Source: an uncultured Clostridiaceae bacterium
GTDB taxonomy: Bacteria; Bacillota; Clostridia; Lachnospirales; Lachnospiraceae
DNA: 64,000 nt
NCBI GenBank assembly: GCA_902477765.1
Contig: CABSIM010000003.1
Span: forward strand, 38,667-102,666
Direction: 5' to 3'
Of the stretch, positions 38,435-47,159 are shown in pieces. The notes below the pieces were generated by a model, which saw nothing but the letters and a program-made list of their open reading frames with translations, was not told the DNA's origin and did not search any database. How positions within the stretch are numbered: position 1 is the first letter of the stretch; each line of letters opens with the position of its first letter. The position numbers and the translations under genes are program-made.

Positions 38435-40342
38435 TCACATATAAATTCCCTGGATCTGTACCATGGGAACCGCTTCATCACAAAGCTCTTCCACGTGAGG
38501 AATATGCCCTGTAATATTGTCCGTGAGCCAGTCCATTCTGACGATCTGCTCCGGAGTCAGCGGCTCATTGCCGGCGGTTTTCAGGTTGTGATCCTGATCC
38601 AGGATCTCACCGGAGAAGATCTGAAATTCTCCGTTGACGATCTGTTTCCGCACCAGATCCACCAGTTCTCTGGTCCGGGGCGGAACATCCTTGGAACAGA
38701 TCATGTCGATCATTCCGGAGGAAATTCCCCACCAGTAATTGATGGAACCTGCGGCAGCCGGCTGAGAGGTTCTGGACCAGTTTCCGTTGAGGATGGACTG
38801 AAGAATCCGCTGATAAAATTTTCCCCAGTGCCAGATGGCCGTGGCGATGCTGCCTCCCTTTTCTTCGTCCAGATCATACAGACCGTATTTTCTGGGAGAG
38901 TGGAGAGGCGCAATCATGTCGCGTCCGGAAATATGGCTCACACGGGCATCGGTGAGAATTCTGTTGATGTCACAGTCTTTTTCCGTGGACCATACCAGAT
39001 GGACCGTGGCTGTGGGATTGACCATTTTGACGCCCAGGGCAAAAGCATTGATGCTGGCAGTGGCACCGAAAATGGGAAAATCCGCAATATATCCGATATG
39101 ATCTGTTCTGGTGAGAATGCCGGCCATCATGCCCACAAGGAATTTTGCCTCATACAGCCGTCCGTAATACGTTCGCAGATGCCCGCTGTAGGAGTTCAGG
39201 GAACAGTTGAGGATCTTGATGTGGGGATATTTGATTCCTGCCTTCACACTGGCTCCCAGAAACCGGGGAGAGGTGGTGAAGATGACCGAGCAGCCGTCCC
39301 GGATTGCTTCTTCTATTTTTTCGAAGCTTTCCTCATCTGTGGTGATCTGATCGTAGACACGGATATTCAGTCTGTCGGACATCCGGTCTTCCAGATACAG
39401 ACGCCCCAGATCATGACCATAGGTCCAGTCGGAAGACGCTGCGGTTTTATAATACAGAAAGCCCACGGTCAGCTTGGGTACAGCGGGGGCGATCAGCTTC
39501 TGGATGAAATTTTTTTCCGGTTCTTTTTCCGGCTGCATCACAAGGCGGATGCTGCCTTTGAGATGAAGAGTCTCCAGTTCGTCCCACAGGTTGGTCAGTT
39601 CTTTTTTCAGAACAGACGGGGATTTTTGGACCATGCCGTCATATCCGTAAACATCCAGATACAGAAGAAACGCGTCACCGGCAGTGATGGGAAGGCGGTT
39701 TCCTTCCATTTCCAGAAATTCCGTTTCAAAATGCAGGAGACAGGAAGAGAACAGCCGGCGTTCTTCTTCTTTCCACGGATCGCCGTATGTCTTGCCCACC
39801 AGACTGCAGAGTCTCCGGAAACTTCCCGGCTGAGAAAAATAAATGGTATTGATGCCGGAGAAACGGTTGAATTCCATGAATTCATAGTAAACGGTTACTT
39901 CGTCGGAACCATCCTGGACGGGAATGATGCGGGTCACATAACCGGATACGCTGACGGCTCCGGAAAACTTGAGAACGCTGACACGCTTGTTTCCTTCAAT
40001 AATATAGTAGGAATTCATGAATTCACAGGCAATGACCGGCTCCCGTATGCCTTCGGTGATATGGGACTGGTACAGAGAGGTCCATTTGTCGGCGAATTCT
40101 GAGGATTCCTCCAGAAGCGGCATGAAATTGCTGGCGAAAGCCTTGGTTCTTCCCGAGGTCTTTGTTCCGGCCACCAGCTTCAGGGGAATTTCAATGAGGC
40201 CCAGATCCATTTCTCCCTCTGTAGGAGTGAAGGCCAGAAGTTCATCCAGAACTTTCAGATAGGGATAACGTCCGGCGGCCAGGTCCTGACGGTATGCTTT
40301 CTGGGCAAGTTTTCTGGCCTTTGCATATTCCTGAGTCATCAT
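38435..40342 (-). CDS. Fusion protein: N-terminal ParB/Srx-like domain + C-terminal BMP (PnrA-like) ligand-binding domain, no signal peptide
   Basis: GIREPV...YYIIEGNKRVSVLK resembles the ParB/Srx Y-x-x-x-[DE]G-x-x-R loop; VGFLY...DWTYGHDLGR, IGYIA...INAFALG and WHWGKFY are BMP-like; the N-terminus is hydrophilic. Confidence 0.7.
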   Translation of the reverse strand: MMTQEYAKARKLAQKAYRQDLAAGRYPYLKVLDELLAFTPTEGEMDLGLIEIPLKLVAGTKTSGRTKAFASNFMPLLEESSEFADKWTSLYQSHITEGIREPVIACEFMNSYYIIEGNKRVSVLKFSGAVSVSGYVTRIIPVQDGSDEVTVYYEFMEFNRFSGINTIYFSQPGSFRRLCSLVGKTYGDPWKEEERRLFSSCLLHFETEFLEMEGNRLPITAGDAFLLYLDVYGYDGMVQKSPSVLKKELTNLWDELETLHLKGSIRLVMQPEKEPEKNFIQKLIAPAVPKLTVGFLYYKTAASSDWTYGHDLGRLYLEDRMSDRLNIRVYDQITTDEESFEKIEEAIRDGCSVIFTTSPRFLGASVKAGIKYPHIKILNCSLNSYSGHLRTYYGRLYEAKFLVGMMAGILTRTDHIGYIADFPIFGATASINAFALGVKMVNPTATVHLVWSTEKDCDINRILTDARVSHISGRDMIAPLHSPRKYGLYDLDEEKGGSIATAIWHWGKFYQRILQSILNGNWSRTSQPAAAGSINYWWGISSGMIDMICSKDVPPRTRELVDLVRKQIVNGEFQIFSGEILDQDHNLKTAGNEPLTPEQIVRMDWLTDNITGHIPHVEELCDEAVPMVQIQGIYM

Positions 40343-41223
40343 GGGGCATCTCCTTTCCCCGCAGGCACTGCGGTGCCGGCACGATTCAGTTCCCTCCAGT
40401 GATTGGGAGCCATGCCAAAAATATTTTTAAACGCTCTGGAAAAATGCAGCTGATTCTGATAACCGCACATTTTCCCGATTTCATTGATGGTCATATCAGA
40501 AAATTTCAGAAGCTCAGAAGCCTTGTTCATCCGGTAATACATAAGAAAATGCTGCAGGGTCTGATTCATGTTTTCCCGGAAGATCCGGCTCAGATAATTA
40601 CGGTTCAGATTGCAGAAATCGGCAATATCTTCCACGGAGATATCGCTGGCGTAATTCTGCTCGATGAAGGAAATCGCTTCTTTAATGTAGGAATCTTTCA
40701 TCTTTCCCTTGGAAAGCGGCCGTCTGACGGCAGAACCCCGGATCAGCCCGTCAAAAAACAGGTACAGATGTCCGATCTGGTTGATGGGAGAATTCCAGGG
40801 ATTGTCCACAATGCACATGATTTCATCTTTTATGAAATCATGATACTCCCTTTTTTTGATGCGGAATACGGGATGGTCATAATCCAGACCTGCCATTTCC
40901 ATGAATTCCAGAGCCTTCATGCCGTCAAATTCCACCCATGCATACTCCCAGGGGTTGACGCTGTCGGCGTGATAGGTATTTACCTGTCCGGGACAGATAA
41001 GAAAGCCCTGTCCGGATTCCAGAGAGTAAATCTGGGTATCCCCCGATGAGTTATTGGAACTCAGATATCCTTTTCCGGAAAAGATGTAGTGGAACAGATA
41101 ATGGTTCCGCTTGGCAGGGCCGAAGGAGTGAAGAGGCTGGCACTTTTCCCAGCCGTACTGAAAAAGTGTAATGTCAATATTTTTATCGTTCTGAAATACA
41201 TCAAACTTATAATTTTTTTGCAT
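40339..41223 (-). CDS. AraC family transcriptional regulator (MsmR-like)
   Basis: Cupin domain (QYGWEKC...HSFGP...HYLFHY...PWEYAWVEF) and C-terminal HTH (CGYQNQLHFSRAFK); GAGGAG RBS before ATG 41223; divergent from the sugar operon. Confidence 0.92.
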   Translation of the reverse strand: MQKNYKFDVFQNDKNIDITLFQYGWEKCQPLHSFGPAKRNHYLFHYIFSGKGYLSSNNSSGDTQIYSLESGQGFLICPGQVNTYHADSVNPWEYAWVEFDGMKALEFMEMAGLDYDHPVFRIKKREYHDFIKDEIMCIVDNPWNSPINQIGHLYLFFDGLIRGSAVRRPLSKGKMKDSYIKEAISFIEQNYASDISVEDIADFCNLNRNYLSRIFRENMNQTLQHFLMYYRMNKASELLKFSDMTINEIGKMCGYQNQLHFSRAFKNIFGMAPNHWRELNRAGTAVPAGKGDAP

Positions 41224-41390
41224 GGGACCCCTCCTCATATACCAAAATGATACCACACTATTTAAAAAAAGTATATATATTTCATATTGGTATATTCGCG
41301 CATTTCTTTTTTATATATTCATTTTGCTGAAATTGATATAATTTTGTTACAAAAACTTGTAGCTATACCATAAAAAGAGGAGGTAGGGAT

Positions 41391-42683
41391 GTGAAGAAGC
41401 TGAAAAAGTTTCTGATGCTGGCGGCTCTGGGCGCCATGTGCGCTCTGTCAGCCGGATGCAGCAGGGGGTCTTCCGACGGAAAGACCCATCTGACGTTTCA
41501 GATCTGGGATGTGGCCCAGAGAGATGGAATGCAGGCAATCTGCGACGCCTATACGGAAAAAAATCCGGATGTGGTGATCGAAGTGCAGGTGACCAGCTGG
41601 AGCGAGTACTGGACCAAGCTGGAAGCGGCAGCCATTTCCAACCAGATGCCGGATATTTTCTGGATGCATACCAATGAGATCCTGAAATATGCCGACTACG
41701 GAAAGATCGCGGATCTGACAGACCTGTACGACGAAGAGGATCCTGAATTTTTCCAGAAACACTACTCTGAAGTGTCTCTGAAAAATATCCAGGGCAGCGA
41801 CGGCAGGTATTACGGAGTTCCCAAAGACAAGGATACGGTAGGTCTGGTTTACAACAAGGAAATGTTTGACGCTGCCGGTGTTTCCTATCCGGATGAAACC
41901 TGGACCTGGGATGATCTGTGCGAGGCTTCCCAGAAGATCTATGATGCCACAGGCAAATACGGATATATGGCTTACGGGGACGATCAGCTGGGATACTGGA
42001 ACTTTGTATACCAGAACGGCGGCTATATCCTGGCAGAAGACAATATCACAGGCGGATTTGACAATCCGGCGACCCTGGATGCCATGAGGTTCTACATAGA
42101 CCTTCAGAAAAATGACTGGTGTCCCGATCAGAATTATTTTGCAGAGACTTCTCCGGGAACCGCCTTTTTCTCCGGACAGGGTGCCATGTTCTTTGAAGGA
42201 AACTGGAATATCCTGTCAGAGATGCAGAACTATCCGGATATGCAGGGCAAATGGGATGTGGCAGTACTGCCCAAATGCCCGGACCCCGCAAGCGGAGACG
42301 GACGTGCCACCATTTCCAACGGCCTTTGCTACGCAACTTCTCCCACAGGAAAGAATTTTGAGGTGGTAAAGGATGTGCTCCGGTTCTTCGGATCAGAAGA
42401 GGGCCAGAGAATCCAGGGCGAATCCGGAGCTGCCATTCCGGCTTATCAGGGCCTGGAGCAGACATGGATCGATGTGTTTGATCAGTTTGATTACCGCCTC
42501 AACGTGGAGTGTTTTGTGGACATGTTCGATTACAGCGTTCAGTCTGTAAACAACAAATATCGTTCCGTATGGAAACCGGAGGTGACGGAAAATCTTCTGA
42601 AGATCTATTCCGGTCAGCTTTCTTTTGAAGACGGAATGGCAGCAATCCAGGACTGCATCATACGTGCAGCCGAGGATGACTAG
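41391..42683 (+). CDS. Sugar ABC transporter substrate-binding lipoprotein
   Basis: SAG-C lipobox, PDIFWM, LVYNKEMFD and WTWDD; AGGAGG RBS; TGaTATAAT at 41334-41342. Confidence 0.92.
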   Translation: MKKLKKFLMLAALGAMCALSAGCSRGSSDGKTHLTFQIWDVAQRDGMQAICDAYTEKNPDVVIEVQVTSWSEYWTKLEAAAISNQMPDIFWMHTNEILKYADYGKIADLTDLYDEEDPEFFQKHYSEVSLKNIQGSDGRYYGVPKDKDTVGLVYNKEMFDAAGVSYPDETWTWDDLCEASQKIYDATGKYGYMAYGDDQLGYWNFVYQNGGYILAEDNITGGFDNPATLDAMRFYIDLQKNDWCPDQNYFAETSPGTAFFSGQGAMFFEGNWNILSEMQNYPDMQGKWDVAVLPKCPDPASGDGRATISNGLCYATSPTGKNFEVVKDVLRFFGSEEGQRIQGESGAAIPAYQGLEQTWIDVFDQFDYRLNVECFVDMFDYSVQSVNNKYRSVWKPEVTENLLKIYSGQLSFEDGMAAIQDCIIRAAEDD

Positions 42684-42698
42684 AAAGGGGAGTGAAAC

Positions 42699-43595
42699 AT
42701 GGCTGGAAAAAAGGCAAATGCCGGTAAACGTGCCAGGTCCGAGAGCATGTGGGGATATCTGATGGTTGCCCCCACGATCATCGGCCTGCTGGTGCTGAAT
42801 ATCTATCCGTTTTTTGACACCATCAAGCTGAGCTTCTCAAAAACAAGGCCATTCGGACTTTATGAACTGAGAGGCATTGAAAACTACGTGGAAATGTTCT
42901 CCAGCGCCGAATTCTGGAGAGCAAACCTGAATACCATCTACTTCTGCATTCTGACGGTGCCGCTGGGGATTTTCCTTTCCCTGATTGTGGCAGTCATGCT
43001 GAACACCAAGATCAAGGGACGGGTCGTGTTCCGTGCCATCTTCTTCCTTCCGATGGTTGTGGCTCCTGCAGCAGTTGCCATGGTATGGAAGTGGATGTTC
43101 AATACAGAATACGGAATCATCAACACTCTGATCGGAAACAAGGTCAACTGGATCACGGATCCCAACATCGTCATGGTGACCTGTGCCATTGTGGCCATCT
43201 GGTCCGCCATCGGATACGATGCGGTCCTGCTCCTTTCCGGACTTCAGAATATTTCCAAGTCCTATTATGAGGCTGCCAGCCTGGACGGAGCCACAAAGGT
43301 ACAGCAGTTTTTCCATATTACGCTGCCCATGGTATCTCCGACGCTGTTTGTGGTGCTGATCATGAGACTCATGTCCTCCATCAAGGTGTATGATCTGATC
43401 TACATGCTGATCGAGGAATCCAATCCGGCCATCACCAGTGCCCAGTCTCTGATGTATCTGTTCTACCGGGAGTCCTTCGTATCCGGAAACAGAGGCCTTG
43501 GCTCCTCTGTGGTGATCTGGACTGTGGCCCTGATCGGTCTTGTGACGGCAGTTCAGTTCTGGGGACAGAAAAAATGGGTTAATTACGAAGTGTAA
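42699..43595 (+). CDS. Sugar ABC permease (MsmF-like)
   Basis: YYEAASLDGA EAA loop; ITLPMVSPT. Confidence 0.92.
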   Translation: MAGKKANAGKRARSESMWGYLMVAPTIIGLLVLNIYPFFDTIKLSFSKTRPFGLYELRGIENYVEMFSSAEFWRANLNTIYFCILTVPLGIFLSLIVAVMLNTKIKGRVVFRAIFFLPMVVAPAAVAMVWKWMFNTEYGIINTLIGNKVNWITDPNIVMVTCAIVAIWSAIGYDAVLLLSGLQNISKSYYEAASLDGATKVQQFFHITLPMVSPTLFVVLIMRLMSSIKVYDLIYMLIEESNPAITSAQSLMYLFYRESFVSGNRGLGSSVVIWTVALIGLVTAVQFWGQKKWVNYEV

Positions 43596-43609
43596 AGAAA
43601 GGAGAGGCT

Positions 43610-44446
43610 ATGAATTCATCATTAGAAAGATCCAGAAAGATCCGTACGGCCGGTGTATATGCCTTTTTTATCATCGGTTCCGTCATCATGGTCTTCCCGT
43701 TCGTATGGATGTTCCTCACAAGTTTCAAGACAGTGGAAGAGAGCATGATCATTCCTCCCACCATTCTTCCGGAAGCGTGGCAGGGAAAGAACTACAGCGA
43801 TGCCACCGCGTCTCTGCCGTTCCTTGCCCTGTATAAAAACACGGCCCTGATGATTTTCTGGCGCGTGGTCTGTGCGGTACTGTTTTCTTCCATGGCAGGC
43901 TATGCATTTGCAAAGCTGAATTTCAAGGGAAAGAACATTCTGTTTTCCCTGGTGCTGATTCAGATGATGCTGCCGTCCCAGATTTTCATAACTCCGCAGT
44001 ATCAGATGCTGGCCAGATTCGGCCTCACCAACACCATTTTTGCACTGGTGTTCCCCGGCCTTGTCAGTGCCTTCGGAACCTTTTTCCTGAGACAGGCATA
44101 CCTGGGAATTCCCGATGAGATTGCGGAAGCCGCATATCTGGACGGATGCAACCAGTGGCAGACATTTGTTAAAGTAATGGCGCCTCTTACCAAGTCTTCC
44201 ATGGCAGCTCTGGCCGTATTCACGGCGGTGTTTGCATACGGAGACCTGATGTGGCCGCTGATTGTCAATACGGATATTAACATGATGACCCTTTCCTCCG
44301 GTCTCGCCACCCTGAGAGGACAGTTCAGCACCAATTTCCCGGTGATGATGGCAGGATCCCTGCTGGCCATGATTCCCATGGTTGTACTGTACCTGTTCTT
44401 CCAGAAACAGTTCATTGAAGGCGTTGCCATGACAGGCGGAAAATAA
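43610..44446 (+). CDS. Sugar ABC permease (MsmG-like)
   Basis: EAAYLDG EAA loop; FFQKQFIEG. Confidence 0.92.
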   Translation: MNSSLERSRKIRTAGVYAFFIIGSVIMVFPFVWMFLTSFKTVEESMIIPPTILPEAWQGKNYSDATASLPFLALYKNTALMIFWRVVCAVLFSSMAGYAFAKLNFKGKNILFSLVLIQMMLPSQIFITPQYQMLARFGLTNTIFALVFPGLVSAFGTFFLRQAYLGIPDEIAEAAYLDGCNQWQTFVKVMAPLTKSSMAALAVFTAVFAYGDLMWPLIVNTDINMMTLSSGLATLRGQFSTNFPVMMAGSLLAMIPMVVLYLFFQKQFIEGVAMTGGK

Positions 44447-44481
44447 AAAGACGTAAAAGTAAACAGACAGGATGATAGAAT

Positions 44482-46689
44482 ATGGCGATCAAATACAATG
44501 CAGACAGTAAGACTTTTATACTGGAGACAAAAAACAGTTCGTATCTGATGAAAGTCACCAGATACGGCAATCTGCTCCATCTCTACTACGGAAAGAAAAT
44601 TCCCGATGAAAATCTGGATTTTCTTCTGAAATTCCAGGACCGGGGATTTTCCCCGAATCCCAATGAAGCGGGAAATGACAGAACATTTTCTCTGGATTTC
44701 CTGCAGCAGGAATTTTCCACCGACGGGAAAGGCGATTACCGTTCCCCCAGCATCGAAGTAATCAACGGGGACGGAAGCTCCATCTTTTCCGGAAAAATGG
44801 CAGGCTATAAGATCTACCGCGGAAAATACTGCATCAAAGGAATGCCGTCTCTCAGAGCGGCTTCCGGAGATACCGTGGACACACTGGAAGTCCGGCTGGA
44901 AGACAGAGAGAGCGGAGCTGCTGTGATTCTCGGTTACAGCGTCTTTGAAGAAAAGAATGTGATTACCAGAACGGTCCGTTTCGTAAACGGAGGAAAACAG
45001 AGTCTCAGACTGAAAAAGCTTATGTCCGTGACACTGGATTACAGGGATTCGGATTTCGATCTGATCTACTTTTCCGGAAGGCATGTGATGGAACGGGAAT
45101 TCAACCGGATCCCGGTTCAGAGCGGAATACACTCCATCGGGAGCAGCAGGGGGACCTCTTCCCACCAGTTCAATCCCTTTGGGATTATCTGCCGGAAGAA
45201 CACATCGGAGGACTGGGGAGACTGCTATGGATATTCTCTGGTCTACAGCGGAAACTTCCTTATGGAAGCAGAGAAAGATCAGTTTGCACAGCTTCGGGTC
45301 AACATGGGAATCAACCCCAAGGACTTTTCCTGGCAGGTGGATCCTGGTGAGGAGTTCCAGGCTCCGGAAGCGGTCCTTGCCTATTCGGCAGACGGGCTGA
45401 CGGGACTGACCCATCTGTATCATGATGTATACAGGGAAAACCTGTGCCGGTCTCCCTATACAAAAAAAGCCAGACCGGTGCTGATCAACAGCTGGGAAGC
45501 TGCTTATTTCGATTTCGATGAAGAAAAAATCCTCAATATCGCCAGAGAATCCGTGGACATGGGAGTGGACCTTTTTGTTCTGGATGACGGCTGGTTCGGA
45601 AAAAGAGACGACGACAATTCCAGTCTGGGAGACTGGACCGTCAACCGAAAGAAACTGAAAGACGGCCTGGACGGCCTTTCCGAGAAGATTCATCAGATGG
45701 GGCTTCAGTTCGGAATCTGGATTGAACCGGAAATGGTTTCCGAAAACAGTGCACTCTACAGAGCCCATCCGGACTGGTGTCTGAAAGCCCCCGGACGGCC
45801 CATGACCAGAGGAAGGAATCAGCTGGTGCTGGATCTTTCCAGAAAAGATGTCTGTGATTATCTGATTGGAACCATCAATGAAATCATCGAAAATGCAAAA
45901 GTGGAATATGTGAAATGGGATATGAACCGGAGCATTTCCGATGTGTGGTCGGGAGTTCTGGAAAAGGAAAGACAGGGAGAAGCCCTTCACCGCTATGTGC
46001 TGGGACTTTATCACATCATGGATGAGGTGATCCTGAAACATCCGGAGATTATTTTCTGCGGCTGCAGCGGCGGCGGCGGACGTTATGATCCGGCCATGCT
46101 TTACTATCAGCCCCAGATTTGGTGCAGCGACAATACCGATGCCGTAAGCCGGCTGAAAATCCAGTACGGCACTTCCTTCTGTTATCCGGCAAATACTCTG
46201 GAAGCCCATGTTTCCGTATGTCCCAATCATCAGACCGGCCGCTCCGTATCCCTGAAGACAAGAGGGATTGTGGCCATGGACGGAATCCTGGGATATGAAT
46301 TGGATGCCACGAAACTTTCGGAAGAAGAAAAGAACTTCTGCAGAAAGCAGGTACAGTTCTATAAAAAGAATTACCGGCTGATTTCCGAGGGAGACTATTA
46401 CCGTCTGACGAATCCCTACACAGACCGTGCCTATACGGCATGGGAACATGTGGCAAAGGACAGGAAAAAGGCTCTGGTCAGTCTGGTGATGACGGAAAAG
46501 GAGGGCAATGCCCCCCAGATGTATCTGAAACTGAAGGGGCTGGATGAAAATGCATATTACCGTGTGGAAGGCCACAGAGGTGCATTTTCAGGCTCGGTTC
46601 TTATGAGTGCGGGGATTCCGGTACCGCCGGAACTCGGTGAATATGAGTCGGTTCAGTTTGTGTTGAGGATGGTGCAGGAAGCGGAATGA
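44482..46689 (+). CDS. Alpha-galactosidase, GH36
   Basis: NSWEA, FVLDDGWFG, FGIWIEPEM, YVKWDMNR, CSGGGGR and WCSDNTD. Confidence 0.95.
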   Translation: MAIKYNADSKTFILETKNSSYLMKVTRYGNLLHLYYGKKIPDENLDFLLKFQDRGFSPNPNEAGNDRTFSLDFLQQEFSTDGKGDYRSPSIEVINGDGSSIFSGKMAGYKIYRGKYCIKGMPSLRAASGDTVDTLEVRLEDRESGAAVILGYSVFEEKNVITRTVRFVNGGKQSLRLKKLMSVTLDYRDSDFDLIYFSGRHVMEREFNRIPVQSGIHSIGSSRGTSSHQFNPFGIICRKNTSEDWGDCYGYSLVYSGNFLMEAEKDQFAQLRVNMGINPKDFSWQVDPGEEFQAPEAVLAYSADGLTGLTHLYHDVYRENLCRSPYTKKARPVLINSWEAAYFDFDEEKILNIARESVDMGVDLFVLDDGWFGKRDDDNSSLGDWTVNRKKLKDGLDGLSEKIHQMGLQFGIWIEPEMVSENSALYRAHPDWCLKAPGRPMTRGRNQLVLDLSRKDVCDYLIGTINEIIENAKVEYVKWDMNRSISDVWSGVLEKERQGEALHRYVLGLYHIMDEVILKHPEIIFCGCSGGGGRYDPAMLYYQPQIWCSDNTDAVSRLKIQYGTSFCYPANTLEAHVSVCPNHQTGRSVSLKTRGIVAMDGILGYELDATKLSEEEKNFCRKQVQFYKKNYRLISEGDYYRLTNPYTDRAYTAWEHVAKDRKKALVSLVMTEKEGNAPQMYLKLKGLDENAYYRVEGHRGAFSGSVLMSAGIPVPPELGEYESVQFVLRMVQEAE

Positions 46690-47159
46690 GAGATATTGTG
46701 CTGGAGTGGTACGTGACCCATATCCCGGATAAAAGAGAATTGCTTGTCAGGGCTGTTCTGGTTTCAGCAGCCGTCGTGTTTCTGGTGGATGCCGTATTCT
46801 TTGCCGCATTCATGCTGTTTCCGGCAGCGGCGGCGGCCGTGGGAGCCTGGATCCTGACACGCAGGGGAAAATTTGAGTATGAATTTGTGTATGTAAACGG
46901 TGACTTTACAGTTTCCAGGATCATCCGGAAATCCAGACGGAAAGATGTGTATCACGTGGAGCGTGTGGACATTGAAACCTTCCGGGAGGGAAGGCAGGAA
47001 CAGGTTTTGCGGTCCATGGATTTCACATCCGGAAGACCGGATGCCAGGGTGTATTCCCTGAAGGCAAAGGGAACCTGGATCTGCATGGAGGCAATTCCGG
47101 AATTTGTCGAGGAAATGAGCAGATATTATCCCATACAGGCAGGTGGTAGCAATGGATGA
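46686..47159 (+). CDS. Membrane protein, 2 TM + soluble domain (DUF6106-like)
   Basis: Two TM helices then EYEF...NGDF.VSRI..KSRRK; overlaps both neighbours. Confidence 0.7.
   Translation: MRDIVLEWYVTHIPDKRELLVRAVLVSAAVVFLVDAVFFAAFMLFPAAAAAVGAWILTRRGKFEYEFVYVNGDFTVSRIIRKSRRKDVYHVERVDIETFREGRQEQVLRSMDFTSGRPDARVYSLKAKGTWICMEAIPEFVEEMSRYYPIQAGGSNG

Noticed and set aside
38435..40342. ParB-like domain as a plasmid or chromosome partition system
   Set aside because: No ParA, HTH region or parS repeats; the context is a sugar-regulation operon.
44002..46575. 857-aa antisense ORF, and similar long ORFs at 10469-11785, 14706-16322, 18761-20338, 38423-40102 and 60806-62440
   Set aside because: Each lies opposite a well-supported gene and has no recognisable motifs; these are typical antisense shadows of biased codon usage.
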